DNA of 63,793 nt, filler included, from Sphacelaria rigidula (Eukaryota): the NCBI GenBank assembly GCA_964200075.2. It is 7 parts of 7 records of this genome, joined end to end, with 100 filler letters (N's around TTAATTAATTAA, not from the genome) between each part and the next. Parts side by side here need not be neighbours in the genome. Positions count along the whole stretch, not along the records: positions 1 to 9,029 come from CAXNAA020009471.1; positions 9,130 to 18,157 come from CAXNAA020009472.1; 5 more parts are not named here. One strand, given 5' to 3'. Both the position numbers and the translations under genes were made by a program. Shown here one piece after another: positions 1-12,726 of this stretch; position 1 is the stretch's first letter, and every line of letters starts with the position of its first letter. The notes beneath the pieces are model-generated. The model saw only the letters and a list, made by a program, of their open reading frames with translations. It was not told where the DNA came from and searched no databases.

Positions 1-166
1 CGCAGACCTTCTCTTGCTCGATTTTCTTTGGGTAGTTCTTCTTCTCCGTTGTTTTCCTTTTCCTTCGAGCTGTTTTTTTTTTTGTCTTCGTGCTTGTTTG
101 TTTCGGCCTTTGTTTCTCAGTTTCCTCCTCTTGTTTGTTCTTTAAATATATATATATACGTATATA

Positions 167-896
167 CTCCCTCTGGGCGGATTTATAAGCACGGTTCGGA
201 CCAAAAGCGGTCCAACTCGGGCATATGAAGGTCTTTTTCCGAACCGTTTTTTGTTGTTTTTGGACCGCCGCTGCGGAATGCACAGAACCGCTGTCTTTGA
301 GAGGTCGCACCGAAAAAGTTAATCAAACCCCAGCAGAAGTTGCTCGAAATCGCCACCCCAACTTTGGACCACCGTCCAAAAGCCTTCACATCTGCTGGTG
401 AGATATGTCTGCTGCTGAGAACGCCTCTCAGGGGCAAAAACGCAAGAATTTGGATGATCCACAGAGAGAAGAAGTCATTCGGTACCTAATGACGCGCAGC
501 GTCGATGGGATTCTGAAGCGTGGTCTACGGTGCCCCAAACCGGGGATGATAATGAAATATCTCCCCCTTTTCGAGAGGGGACTCTTTATTTTTTTGCATC
601 AAATGTCGTGCCCCATTCATACGGGGTATTCCGGGTTGTAAAACCTGTGACGGGGCTTGTTTATCCGTCGCTGGGTACAAAAAAGCTGGATCTCCACCGA
701 AATGACTGACCAGGGGATTTTTACGCACATCCCCCGCCAACCTCATCGGGTTTTTTTTTCCAGTGTGGTACCTGATCATATACAAACGTTGTCCGATGGT
801 CCACAGTGCCCAGACGATCCGTTTTGGGCCCTTTCATACCAACCTTGCTTATATTCCGTTTTTCTGAACCTTGCTTATAAATCCGCCCAGAGGGAG
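167..896 (+). mobile_element. Internally deleted Tc1/Mariner (plant-mariner/Stowaway-like) element retaining the transposase N-terminus
   Basis: 34-bp TIRs CTCCCTCTGGGCGGATTTATAAGCA(C/A)GGTTC(G/A)GA at 167 and ending at 896, with TA on both flanks. The internal ORF from 405 (KRKNLDDPQREEVIRYLMTRSVDGILKRG) resembles the N-terminus of plant mariner-like transposases, then breaks off. Confidence 0.85.
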
Positions 897-2979
897 TATG
901 TAAGATATTTAGGGCGCACGAGGACGGAGCGATTATTGTGAGGAGGCGTCCACGCGATTTATGCTGGAATGAGAGTGCAGATCCCGCCGCACCCGCGTCG
1001 GGGTGTGACTGTCCGGGCGAACGCTTAGGCTACGGGTCCGGTGCGCGGATTTGTGCTAAATTTAGTGTGGGTGTACACCTGCGTTCGCGACCGTTCGAAC
1101 GAACGCTTCCATGACTTTAACGTGCGCCGACGATATCAATGGGTTACGGCGGCAACGAAAGACGTGGGCAAAACACGCGGGCGACGAAAGTCCACACAAA
1201 CTCTCGATCCGAGGGCAAACTCTTTGACTCTGAGTACTTGAGAGCTGCACTCGAGACATGAACTCCTTCCCCACCGATTTCTTGTGGCAAACCTTGATCG
1301 CGCGTGTCCACTGCTCACAGGTCCCTCACGCAAATCCCCGCTACATTTCATCGGCAATGAAGCGAAATACGCTGTGAGTGTCGTGTTGTGATGAAATAGA
1401 AATAGAACAAAAATTGGGGGCGCGGGGGAACAAGCTCATGTGGTCCCCAGCGCCCCCCAATTTTAGTTAAAGTCTGTTGAATCACAACGCGGCTCTCACA
1501 CCGTGTTTATCACCAATGAAATAGAGCGGGTGTCCCGCGTGAGGGGACGATCACGCAGAGCGGGTGTCCGCGTGAGGGGACGGGCCCTGTGAGCCGAGGG
1601 CACGCACGATGATGGTTTGCACAACACAACACTGAGTACAGTAAAAAAACCCGGGCAGAACACGTTTTGTGTTTTTCGTTGGTGGCGCAATGTGTTGAGG
1701 TGAGCTTGAACCTCGGCAAATCCATTTTTGTTTCTCGTTGGGTGATTTCGCATATCCACAACATGACAAAAACATGAGATGTGCTTCAGGCCGGCGGGGA
1801 CGCGGAAGGAAACATGTGACCATCACCCACACTACTGAACCGCTCGCTTCATTCCGGTGTGCGCTGACTGGCTCAACGGTCACGCACTGAAAAGCTGCCC
1901 TCACGTTCCCGCGGGAAAAGCGGAAGATTCCGCGGGGCTGCCGGTGTACTTCGTTCTTCATTTTCTTCCTACAATGACTTGCTACTTCTCACACCTTGTG
2001 GGCGAGTGCGCTACGCCAACACTTTTACGTATTGTTGTGTGTGTATTGTGTATGTAGTCCTCAGGTCTTCTTTTCTATGTTTAGAGTCTCCCGTACGACG
2101 TGTTCTCTGGTGGATGTGTTTTGGATGTAGTCCACGAGTGTACTAATCGATATATACAGGTTGGTTCACGGACAAAACCCAACTTCTGTCATCAGCAAAT
2201 GCCTTCTGCAATACGCACCCAAAAGTCACATACATGATATCATACTGATCGCAATGAACAGACGAAGAGGGTGACATAGCCGGATTTTTGTTCAAGGCTA
2301 TAGCGGTGGCGCTATAGACAAAAATGTGTCTCAACTAATCAGCGCCTTTTAAACTGTTCCGAAATTGAAAATACGAATTCCATGCCCAATTTCCACAATT
2401 TCCACAAGCTTCAAATCGTAGTGACCGTCATCACCTCAAGAATCTAACGGGAGAAACGGATTTGAAAATGGTTCCAACGGGGTCGAAACTATACCCGAAG
2501 CCGTGATGTTGCGGTGGTGTGGAGCTTGGCGTCGTCTAATTTCCATTCATGATACGCAGGAAAGACTCAAGGAGCCTCGTGACGATTTCCCTTATATCTG
2601 TTGTAGAAAAGCTCAGATCATCCTCAAACTTGGCAGTTCCGTAGGTATTGATGCTCCAAATGTAAATCTTCTGTACTTGGCAAGGGTTCAGAGTTTCTCC
2701 GTTCTCTACCGGCTTCCGGGGGTCCCAGTGCAAAGACCCCCGGAAGGTGGTACAGAATGACTCAAAAGAAAAAATAATAACATGATGCGTCCTGGGATGG
2801 TCCAAGGGACACATGTACGAAGTTAGGCGGAGAAACTCAAGAATCCCATACAACTTTTCCTGCCTTGACGTGAAATTCACCCTAAAAGATGTTTGAATAC
2901 TTAAACCAAGTAGTTAGAAGTTTGCACGTTTTAAGCTCACATCCTCGCACAAACGCGCAATTTTTTACGCATTTATTAG

Positions 2980-3608
2980 GAGTAAGATCCTGAAACTTTG
3001 CACAAATGTGCTATGAATCATTACGCAAGTTTCGATCAACGAGCTTTTTCTCATTTTTGAATTTTACCGTTTTTCGGGGGTCCGACAGGATCCAAGTCGT
3101 TTTGTATAAGTCGTTCATTCTGGGGCCCTGAAAAACCGGCACTACGGTATTTTTTTCATTTTTTTCGCGAACGCTCTGTCGTCGCAAAACCCAAGGAAAA
3201 ACCCCACAGAGTTTCGTGGCCAAACTCGACTAACTGGTGCTTGAATTTTCATGTTCACGTCAAACAGACCCAAAAACACCATTTTCACACTGAATTTTAG
3301 TTATTTGCCGTTTCACCGTGGCACGGCAAGGTTCATAGAACAAACGCGAAAAAATTCACGCCCTTCAAGGAGTTAGACCCTGAAATTTTGCACAACTGTG
3401 CTATGGGTCATTACGCAACGTTGGATGGACGAGTTTTTTTTTTTTTTCCCGTTTTACGGGGGTCCGACTGGATCGAAGTTTCCCCGAAAAAACGGTGAAA
3501 AAAGTCAAGAAGTAGTAAAAAAACTCGACCTTGGAAAGTTGCGTAATGACCCTCAGAACACCTGTGCAAAAATTCAGGGTCTAACTCCTCAAAACGGCGT
3601 GAAGTTTT
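2980..3608. mobile_element. Foldback/MITE-like element with an additional direct copy of the arm
   Basis: The motif GACCCTGAAATTTTGCACA..TGCTATGGGTCATTACGCAAC at ~3376 recurs inverted at ~3535-3600 and as a diverged direct copy at ~2986. Confidence 0.55.
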
Positions 3609-3654
3609 GCCGATGAGTGTTTTGGGGGGGAATTCCGTGAACCAGCCTGTATAA

Positions 3655-4012
3655 TCTGTCTTCCTTCCTTTACGTTGTCTTTTCAACTCGTGTTTGTACT
3701 ATTGTTGCTCGTGCACTTTTTTTTTTCAGACCGTTGTCTCAAGCATGTATCTACTTCGTCTCTCTGTTGACGTGTTTGGGTACGGCATGCGTTCTATGTG
3801 CATTTGTGATGCAACTTTCTTCGTTTCTTTATATATCCTGTCGCGAAACATGTGTTTTGAATGTAGTCCACGAGTGTATTTTTCAATAAATTTAGTCTGT
3901 CTTCCTTTTTTTTTTCGTCTCTTCAATTTGTATTTGTGCTGCTGTTGCTTTTGTACGTTTTTATTTCATACCGTTGTCTCAAGTAAATATCTACTTCGTC
4001 TCTCTGTTGAGT
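3655..4012. repeat. Diverged direct duplication (~115 bp of similarity, ~240 bp apart)
   Basis: CTGTCTTCCTT...ACCGTTGTCTCAAG..TATCTACTTCGTCTCTCTGTTGA occurs at ~3655-3770 and ~3895-4010. Confidence 0.7.
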
Positions 4013-5152
4013 TCATCGAGTTGCTTTTGTTCTTCCTTAATCTTCAGTTTACTCTCGCTATTCGATCTCATCCGAGCATGTACTTTCCTAATACGTTCCT
4101 TCGGATTGTCTTCTGTTTTGTTCTCTTTTCAGAAGTGCTTTTCTAGAATTCCGGGTTCTCTTCTTCCATCATGTACTGTTGCGCTGTAGTCTCTCTCTGC
4201 CTGGCTTGCCTGCAATTTTTCTGTTATCGTGTTCATGTTGTACCTGTCCTCGCTGGATAATTGATTATCCCTTCATATTCAGTTGTAAATTGCTCCTTTC
4301 GAAGGAGTCCGCTTGATTGTTTTGTCGTACCCTAGAGTCGAACAGCATCTGGGGCGGCACTGGCCACTCGCGCTCTATCGATGCTTTCCTGTGTTGACAA
4401 GTACTTTCAAGCCCAACTTGTGAACGGCGGGCGTGACTTACCTAACTCGGGGAGATAGATGTGTAGGTTGCCGCTTCTCACTCGATGTACGAAGACGGCG
4501 CGCGTAGGGACTATGTCAGCTTGAGAGGACATTCCTTTATAGCTATCTACAATTCCGATTGTGTTTCTTCGGTTATGTGCTATTGTTCTATCTCTTAATA
4601 TGTTCGATGCTAAACCTTCTTGAGGTTGTACGCATTTCTGTATGTGCAATCGATTCGGGAATTTCCACACCCTTGAACACATTTCTTCTAATGAAACGCG
4701 CATCCCAACAGTTTATGTTCAACGGCATATTACTACATCCTCTACCAACCAAGATACCGGTGATAATGACGAAAAATGGGAAGAGCAGGATATCATCGAC
4801 CCGACAACAGCTACACGGAAACTCAATTAAAAAAAAATGATGGTGCTTCCGTTCCTATAACCGTCAACGTAACCCGCTTTTTACTTCTTAAACAATCCTT
4901 GCTACACAACGAAACACGAGGGCTTGGCTGCTTATAACGCGTCAACCTTGACCCGCTAAAAAAGAGACCTTGCGTGCATATATATATATATATATTTTTT
5001 TTTTCTTCACTTCTCTTCCTTCTTTAGCAGGCGTGCTCGTCTTGTTTTACCTTGGGTACATTCATTTTGTGACCATGGCTGGGTCCTTCAGGGCATCAGT
5101 TAATGTACGATCGATCGATTGATCAATAAATCAAACAATCAACTCATCATTC

Positions 5153-5409
5153 CAAGGGTCGGACGAATTAGTGATTTGTGTGGAAATTACTTAATTCTAG
5201 TGTAATTAATTCGTGCCGAATGAATCAATCCTTAGGCTGTGTTTTCAGCATTGCAACCCAGGTACGCACAGCCCAGGCAAGTGAAATGGCGCAAAAATTG
5301 CGTGGATATTTGTTTAAACAGCGGTAATTTGTTTCTCCATTTCGAAGAATCAGACCTGAAAAATCGTGGATTGGGTGATTCGAACCGGCGATGATTCGTC
5401 CGGACCGTG
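5153..5409 (+). mobile_element. hAT-like MITE, copy 1
   Basis: Termini CAAGGGTCGGA...GGACCGTG, with 8-bp flanks catcattc/aatcattc (7/8 match). The internal TTGCAACCCAGGTAC..CAGCCCAG...GGCGCAAAA is shared with the copies at 31093 and 39892. Confidence 0.75.
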
Positions 5410-5530
5410 AATCATTCAACAAATCTATAAATCAATCAATCAATCAATCAATGGACCAATCAATCATTCAATCAACCAACCAACCAATGGATCAATCAAT
5501 CCATCTACGAACCAATCAATCAATCGATTA
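5410..5530. repeat. (AATC)n microsatellite
   Basis: Imperfect aatc/aacc tandem array. Confidence 0.85.
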
Positions 5531-6237
5531 TGGCATGAGGCTCAACACGTTCTCATTTTTTCTTTGGAAATCTCAGCCTGAATGAACATCATTCAACCTC
5601 GTTCCTTCACGAGCGAGGCGCCACTGTTTCGTTCGATGCATCTCATGTTGATTATAGTATGTGCGCATCTGTTTCCGGACTTTCAGCTCCTGCTGGGACG
5701 GGCGAACCCTATTTAAAAACAGCTGTAAACGAAACACGAACGAACGGGATGTAGATGGCAAGTTTATGACGTTCCTGGTGTTCAGTAACGCCGATCCCCC
5801 ATAGAAGATCCACGAGGGGTCATTCCCCACGACCAACAGCTTGCTAGCTGTCTCGTTCCCAGGAATAGACTTACACCCTCCAGGACTAGCAACCTGTATG
5901 TTCATTTGTACCACATCCATCCACGAGCGCGAATGGTCCTCTCGGAGTCTGTTTTGGGCACGAATGTCTCTCCATCCTCGAAATTTCCTGTTGAACGTTC
6001 GAAGCTATGAGCCACGGTGGCTGTGGAACCAGACAAATCGCCTTTAAACAGCAAATCGCTGTTCAAGTGGTACTCTGTAGACTCTGCAATTACACGACTG
6101 ACACAGCGCCCCCGGAAACCATTTCTTCCGTATGGGATGAGATCACAGTGTTTTCGCTTCAAAAAGTTCAGACAACAGAAAAGAAAAACGTGCGGAGAAA
6201 AAAAAAAGTGGGCATGCGAAAAACAGACGAAGTTCTC

Positions 6238-6297
6238 TCATTCACTAATTCACTAATTCACTAATTCACTAATTCACTCATTCACTCACTCATTCAC
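6238..6297. repeat. (TTCACTAA/TTCACTCA)n tandem repeat
   Basis: 8-bp units read directly from the sequence. Confidence 0.85.
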
Positions 6298-6354
6298 GAA
6301 AAAACGTCAATGATAATAAAGAGGAAGCGTGCGCATGTGCATTTTTTCTCTCAC

Positions 6355-6597
6355 CCTCATGATGTCGTTTTGAGGAAACTTCTTTTCATATTCATCGCGA
6401 ATCGGCGAGGGGGGCACCAAAGATGGCATGCCGGCCCTGTTGACCTGCTCAATACGCGAAGCCGGCGGGCGCAACAACATAAAACACAACAACACAAGCA
6501 TGAAATACACAACAGACAAGAGGGCGCATAATCGGAAAACAAGGGTGAAGGGGGGTCGGCGACTTAGTTCGCTATTTCCTTCCTCATTTTTCGTCAT
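6355..6597 (-). CDS. Possible first exon of a type II membrane protein
   Basis: ATG at 6597, one hydrophobic segment (LVFRLCALLSVVYFMLVLLCFMLL) and a donor AGG|GTGAGA at 6355. No convincing downstream exon was found. Confidence 0.3.
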
Positions 6598-9029
6598 ACT
6601 TACGACCCCCTGCTCGCGGCGGGACGAGTCCATATACTGTAGTGTGGTTCCTTTTCAGTGATATGAAGGCGTTACTTTTGAAGGCTAGGCGCCCAAACAA
6701 GGCGCACATAGCGTCTGATAATGCGGAAACTTCACTTATGTACAGCTTGAAGCCGCAGGTAGGTGTTGGCGAAGCTGTTTCGGAACCCAAGGAGTTTTGT
6801 GCACTACGTGGCTTGAAAGGATGATTGTACACGATACTGAACTATGTCGGAACAGTTTCCCGATTCGTAACGAATATTCTGCAGGGAAACGGTGTGAAAT
6901 CCGCGCGGAGGTAGCCGCAGATCGTCCCAGCTTTGCCGTTTAGGTCGGCCGCTTATCGGTCGACGCTGGCAAGAACACCGGAAACAAGAACAAACCAAGG
7001 ATATTTTTTTTCATAAGTTAGAGGCAGATGCCCTGGGATTTTATAAGTCGTCTCGCTCAAGACGCGGCCTTACAGCTGAGCCGAACAGAACAGTGTCATC
7101 TGCCAAGGACTACTGTGAAGTTCTTCGGGAAGGGAGCTACGGTAGGGTGTACTCGGAGCTACGGTAGGGGTGGCACTTTTTGTTTCTGGATCTTTTCTGT
7201 TGTAGGAGCCCAAATAATGGGGCATACTGTGCAACCCAAAAGCTCCGGGGACCGGACTGCCAGAAACATGGTGTTTGCACGCAGGGGCCTTTTCGTGAAT
7301 CAGCTTCAGTCTTTTTCAAGTAAAAATGATGCCTATTCTCAAAATGATCCGCCCGACACCCCGAGCAGCCCCGAGAAACGTTTTCGCTAAAAACGTGCAC
7401 ACCTTGGACAAAATATGGTCAATAGATGCAATAGACGAGAAGTGTACTGCATAGAGAATAGGCCTATTGCATTTATTGACCACATATTGTCCGAGGTGTG
7501 AAAAAGTGCGACCCCTACCGTAGCATTGCTCAAGGGGGCAAAGTTTCCTTGCATGCAGTGCTAGACTTGGGCTTCCAGAGACCACGACGGTATATGACGA
7601 GGACAGGGGCGGTTGCTGTAGTCTTTATTTCAACATTATAATCAACTTGAACTTCTTGCCGGCGGCGCTTGCACGTGAACAACTTGAGCCATTTTTCCCA
7701 CATACAATTGATCGATGTTTCGCCGAGTTTTTTTTCACCATTTCACTTTGTTCCAGAATGGGACAGAGTGCAAGTTTCAATTGCCGAGGGGTGGTTCGTA
7801 TCGCATAGTCAGCGCTACAGCGTTCGTTGTACTGCACACAGTGTCAACTTCATCGTGTACTACTATGCCGCAGTATATTTCGTGTGTTGACTGCTTCCTC
7901 CCGCCGCAGTGGCATGCATCTTTTGCCATTCAGTTGCCTCCGCCCGCGGCATGGTCGGTAGCGCCACCTAGCCATGCTGATGTGGACACATCTTTCCCCA
8001 GGACGTCTGCCACTTCAAGTCTCTGCATATTCGACGCCTTGGGGTATAACCGTCTCCAAGGACAGCCGCGGGTAATGGATTATTAACTTCTGTAAAATGT
8101 CATGAAATTGAAGAAAAAAAAAAACTGCGTAATGTCAAGGTCTCGATCAACCCGTCGCTTCCCCGACATCTACACACTTGATATCTTGATGTCGCGATAG
8201 GATTGGATCCACAGTTTCACGCATCACGTCGCCCCTCTTCCAAGGTGTCCGTTGCTGCTCACCTCTTCACGTCTCCAAGGACAGAAATCAGGCACTTCGT
8301 AGAGTAAAAAATGCCACCTGCTGGGATTCGAATCTTCAATCTTCCGCCCCGAACCGGCTGCAAACGAACCACTAATAATTTAGCAATACCGGGCCAGTGC
8401 GACTTGATGGTACCGTGCGTACTCCGAAATATGCTACACCGTGGAAAACAGTTTACAGTGTCAAAAAGTGTACTGCGTACTACTACAATGTGCTGTACTG
8501 GATACTGGAGTGACATGGCGGCCTCACCAAGCGGAGAAATTTCCGAAACAATCCAACCCACCACGACGGATTCGGATAACCAATGACGTTTACACAACCG
8601 ATCTATTTGTCATGATGTAGAGAATCCGGTCGATTTTAGAGAGGGCGCGGAACCCGAGCTCCGCATTTGCGGAAAGTTCGTTTTCAATCCGTCGAGTATG
8701 GAGGAGAGTGCGCATCTACAATCTCCCTTCTTCTTTTTTCTTCATGTTCCCCAAAATTGGCATCTCCGACTTTTTTTCTCCCAATGCGGTGCAATTTTTC
8801 GCTCATGATTTCGAAAATGTGCACACTCGAGAAGACAAGAAAATAACAAAAAAAAGCAGCACAAATGCTGCCTGTTCCTCTCTAGCCTGGTACACGGCAG
8901 CCTCCAAAAGGGCATACACCACGACAACATGGCACTGTAGACGCGAATTTGCTGTTTGCGGGGGCGGGGAGGCGGGGTGTCCACATGATCATGCATGCCA
9001 TAGTCATAAGACCGTTGACCTCGCATCCC

Positions 9030-9129
9030 NNNNNNNNNNNNNNNNNNNNNNNNNNNNNNNNNNNNNNNNNNNNTTAATTAATTAANNNNNNNNNNNNNNN
9101 NNNNNNNNNNNNNNNNNNNNNNNNNNNNN
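9030..9129. other. Artificial contig linker (also at 18158-18257, 27286-27385, 36414-36513, 45542-45641, 54668-54767)
   Basis: Identical 100-nt N-TTAATTAATTAA-N spacers with stops in all six frames. The segments between them are 9029, 9028, 9028, 9028, 9028, 9026 and 9026 bp. Confidence 0.97.
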
Positions 9130-9388
9130 GTGCTCTGCGTCCAGGAGTGGATTGGGGTCGCGCGCGTGTGGGGGGGTGTGAGGAGGGGGGGGGGGGGGGG
9201 GGGGGGGGGTATCGCAGCATCATTTTCATTTCGTCCTTACATCCGATTCAATACATCTCCTCATGACCTTGTGTGCGAGCTCATTCCAAGGAACACATCC
9301 AAGATCTAAACTTATTAGACAACACACATGATAGGGGACAAAAGCGCGGCGGGAATTATGCTGTAGCACCCCCCCCCCCCCCCCCCCT

Positions 9389-9470
9389 GTCTCGAAAGGG
9401 ATGCGTGATCAATGGTCAAACAACTAAGGCAAGCAACAGATGTGAGTACGCCCCGCGCCCCCCCCCCCCC
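9389..9470 (+). mobile_element. Short poly(C)-tailed repeat, family A
   Basis: GTCTCGAAAGGGATGCGTG.TCAATGGTCAAAC.ACTAAGGCAAGCAACA..TGAGTACGCCCC, flanked by C-runs. Other copies at ~22600-22670(-), 24064-24140(+), 36324-36400(-), 36514-36548(-) and 60429-60496(+). Confidence 0.8.
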
Positions 9471-9915
9471 ACCGCAATCGTCGAACGACTCGGAATTCCC
9501 GTTCTACCCTGTTGTTTTTAGCGCATCTACTTCGGAGTGACGCCGCGATAGCCCTCCCCCGCAAACCAGCCCCAAAACTGTGACGAAAAAAATGGTCATG
9601 CAGAGCACAATTCTGACCGATTTTTACCCTATTTGGCGGCCGGGGTGGGTTATTTACCGAGTCCTCAGATCCAACTTTCAAGTATTTCTGTTAATTCGAA
9701 AAAGGGAGCAAGAACATGATGATCGATCGTGCTGATTCAACAGCGGATGATCCGCCCCGGCGGTCAAGGGTTTTTATTTATGACAAACAAGTGAATCTCA
9801 GGCCCAGACAGATATAAACCGTCGTCGATCGGGGGGTTCACCTCTCACAGCCCAGAGGCTCCAATCCATCTCTGATGATCTACTCGTATCTGCAGACATG
9901 CCAAAAAAGGGTTGA

Positions 9916-10027
9916 CCCTTTGACCACCAGGATAGATGGATTATCAGTCATCTTTTGAATCGGCATCACTTTTACTTGAAAAATTAGTCCGTGACCCAGC
10001 TGACATAATACCGTGGCGGTCAAAGGG
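9916..10027. mobile_element. piggyBac-like MITE
   Basis: TIRs CCCTTTGACC(A/G)CC with flanks TTGA/TTAA. A related copy at 17189-17286 shares the internal TGAATCGGCATCA. Confidence 0.6.
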
Positions 10028-12090
10028 TTAACGTCTGGCGCATCCATGATACGTGGCAGTATTATCATCATCATAGCATCATCTCTGTCGGTTTGATATT
10101 GAAATGATGGTCGTGAAAAAGCATATATATATAATATACTGCACCACAAAAATGAGCATTTCCATTAATGTTTGGTACCTGCCAGCCGCCTGGCGCCTGC
10201 AGTGCAGTGCGAGCATCGCATCCGATCGGGAGTGACATTCACAAAACACTCGTATGAAGAAACATGATTTATTGTTGTTGACGATGATGGCCATTCTCCA
10301 AGTTATGAGTGAGCGTAAAGTCGATCCAACAGAAATGTCTATCAAAATCGTACTATTATGTACTGTTGTGTCAGTAGCACACGCACACCTAGGCGGTCAA
10401 TGTGTGTTGACGATGATTGGGACAATATATTATTATACACTGGTATGCCCTGTCCAACTGCATCTACTTCATCATTGATGATGCTTCACCTAATATTTCA
10501 AGAAAATAAGTGAAAATTTTGTCATGCTTCTGCAGTGAAGTGTTTACCCATGGAAGATGTACTTCTTTCGGTCCTGATATCGTAATGAATTCATCGATGA
10601 TGGTATTCAGCATGATAGTAGACACAGCACATACATGTATGTGTCGTACGTTTATACCCGCAGAAAGGCGATGAAAATCATCGAACTGTTGTCCAGTTCA
10701 GCCACTCTAGCGCTTTTGTAGCGGTTAGTTTCAAGTTGCAGACATAGCTAAAGCTGCGATACATTAATCATGGGCTGTCAGCAGCGGAGGAACTACTACA
10801 ACAGTCTGCATTCACAGTATCTGTATTGATACATCATGTAATGCGTTACGGGTATAATATTATTGATTACATTTATGGTCGTCGAGGGCGGCACGTTATC
10901 TCTACGAGGAATGGGAAACTCGGAGCGAAGTTGCGTTGGGATCAATCATTCGGAGATTTTTCTCCATCTGCTCATTTCGTTTCACAATCTACTCCATCTA
11001 TCTCTGTCCGGTTTGCCGGGACCGAACTAGAAGGGGTTAGAGCATCAGTCTTGACAACAGAAGTCGTACCCCTCGATCCAGGTAAAACATATTTTCGTCC
11101 GCATCATGTGCAGTCCGCCATCAACTATTGTTGTCCAGCTAAACCACAGCCTGAGCGGTGAACGTCCTTATGGTCGTGTCGTGGAGAGCCCACCGCCAAG
11201 CAAGGCTGGTTCAATTCCTGTAATATCCGGACTCCGGACTCCCCACCCTACACCACTATCGAGGACAGTGCCGGCACAGACAAAAAAAAAGTCCAATACA
11301 ACAAGGATGCACACGAGCCATCCGTGCGCGCGTTTGCGCGTGTGTTATTGTTCTGCCTGAGGTGGAGATCCTCCGATTCACGATGTTTCAGAGATGACGT
11401 GTGTCGGACTCGCAATTTCATCTATCTTTCGTTCTACTCTGTTATTATGCAACTTGCAACCTATAATACCGATAAAGCCAGTTAGTGTGTGTGCCCATCC
11501 AGAAAGGTCGAGGGTCGCCCTTGGCCACACATCATGCATCTTTGCTGACAAAGCGATAAGGAAGGCTCGTGGCGACCGAAATACTAGATATTGCTTTGAA
11601 GCGCTAGGGCTTCCGTATAAGATTCTCAAGACGACTGCATCCATACAGACGAAACAGGGCTCTTTTGCACAGGAATGACTGGCCGCCCGTCGATCCTAGG
11701 AAACCATTATAGTTCTTCGAGGTCCCTCGTGTGTCGTATCCTTCTCTCTTTTATTCAATTATTGGTATTTACTATTTACCCGCTTTTTCCACTATTTAAT
11801 ACTTCGGCAACCATGATAAGTCCCTGCTTGTTGGTTTTTTAACCGTTGCACAGATCACTGCAAGGGGGTAAAGATCCGTTTTTTATGTTCTGAATATGCT
11901 ATCTGACAGACACTACTATAAAGTCGCACCTGATATTCTGTCATATTTTTTTTCCTCCGCTCTCGAACTGCGCCTCCTGACTGCCAACCGCAACCTTGAG
12001 TTGTGCAAAACAACAGCAATCGAATACAACACCCACCTCGTACCGACCTACACACGATAGATACACACGACATCACCTCCAGATACGTAA

Positions 12091-12726
12091 GTGATAGAGG
12101 GAAGAAAAAAGATGTGCACCCCCGACCCACCAAGTGCAATAATTGCGCCGGCGATCGGAAAGGAGCCGCCACCCAATGACTCCAAGATAGCCCCGGCAAG
12201 GGGTCCTCCGCGCCCTGCGCCTCCTCCTGCTGAGGCGAGCGTAGCGCGCCCTCGTAAGGGTCAACCGATTCAGGGCTCGGCGATTCCTATGCTACCCATG
12301 TCTAAGCCCGTCGTGCCGACCATCGCGAGAGCAAGGATCAAGGCAAGGGCGGCGAGCAGGTGAGCTAGGAGCGAGGGTAGGACTGCAGACCATGGTAGAA
12401 CATGCGTTGAGCCTTTGGGTCCTGTCGTAGTAAAAGCAACAAAGCATGAGTCAAAGTGGTACTGGCGAGTTTTGACATGTCCATCGCTTCCTCCGACGTG
12501 TCTGAAATGTGTTGTTAATTGCAGCAAGCTGCAGAGGGTGCCGTCGAATGAATACGTGCCCCGGGGATGCATCCACTGTGGGATGAGCTTTGTGCCAGGG
12601 ACGGAAGGCGGCCAATTCTGCACGGGCGAGTGTAAGCACACCTTCGCGTTTCTCAAGCGTCGCATGCTACGCCAACAACCGCAAAAGCAAGCCTTCAGCA
12701 GCAAGGTCCGGCAACAGAAGAAATGA
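12091..12726 (+). pseudogene. Pro-rich protein with C-terminal Cys motifs, interrupted by one in-frame TGA
   Basis: ORFs 12091-12363 and 12415-12726 are in the same frame, separated only by TGA at 12361. Contains CLKCVVNC and CIHCGMSF...FCTGEC (TRASH/MYM-like spacing). Confidence 0.35.
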
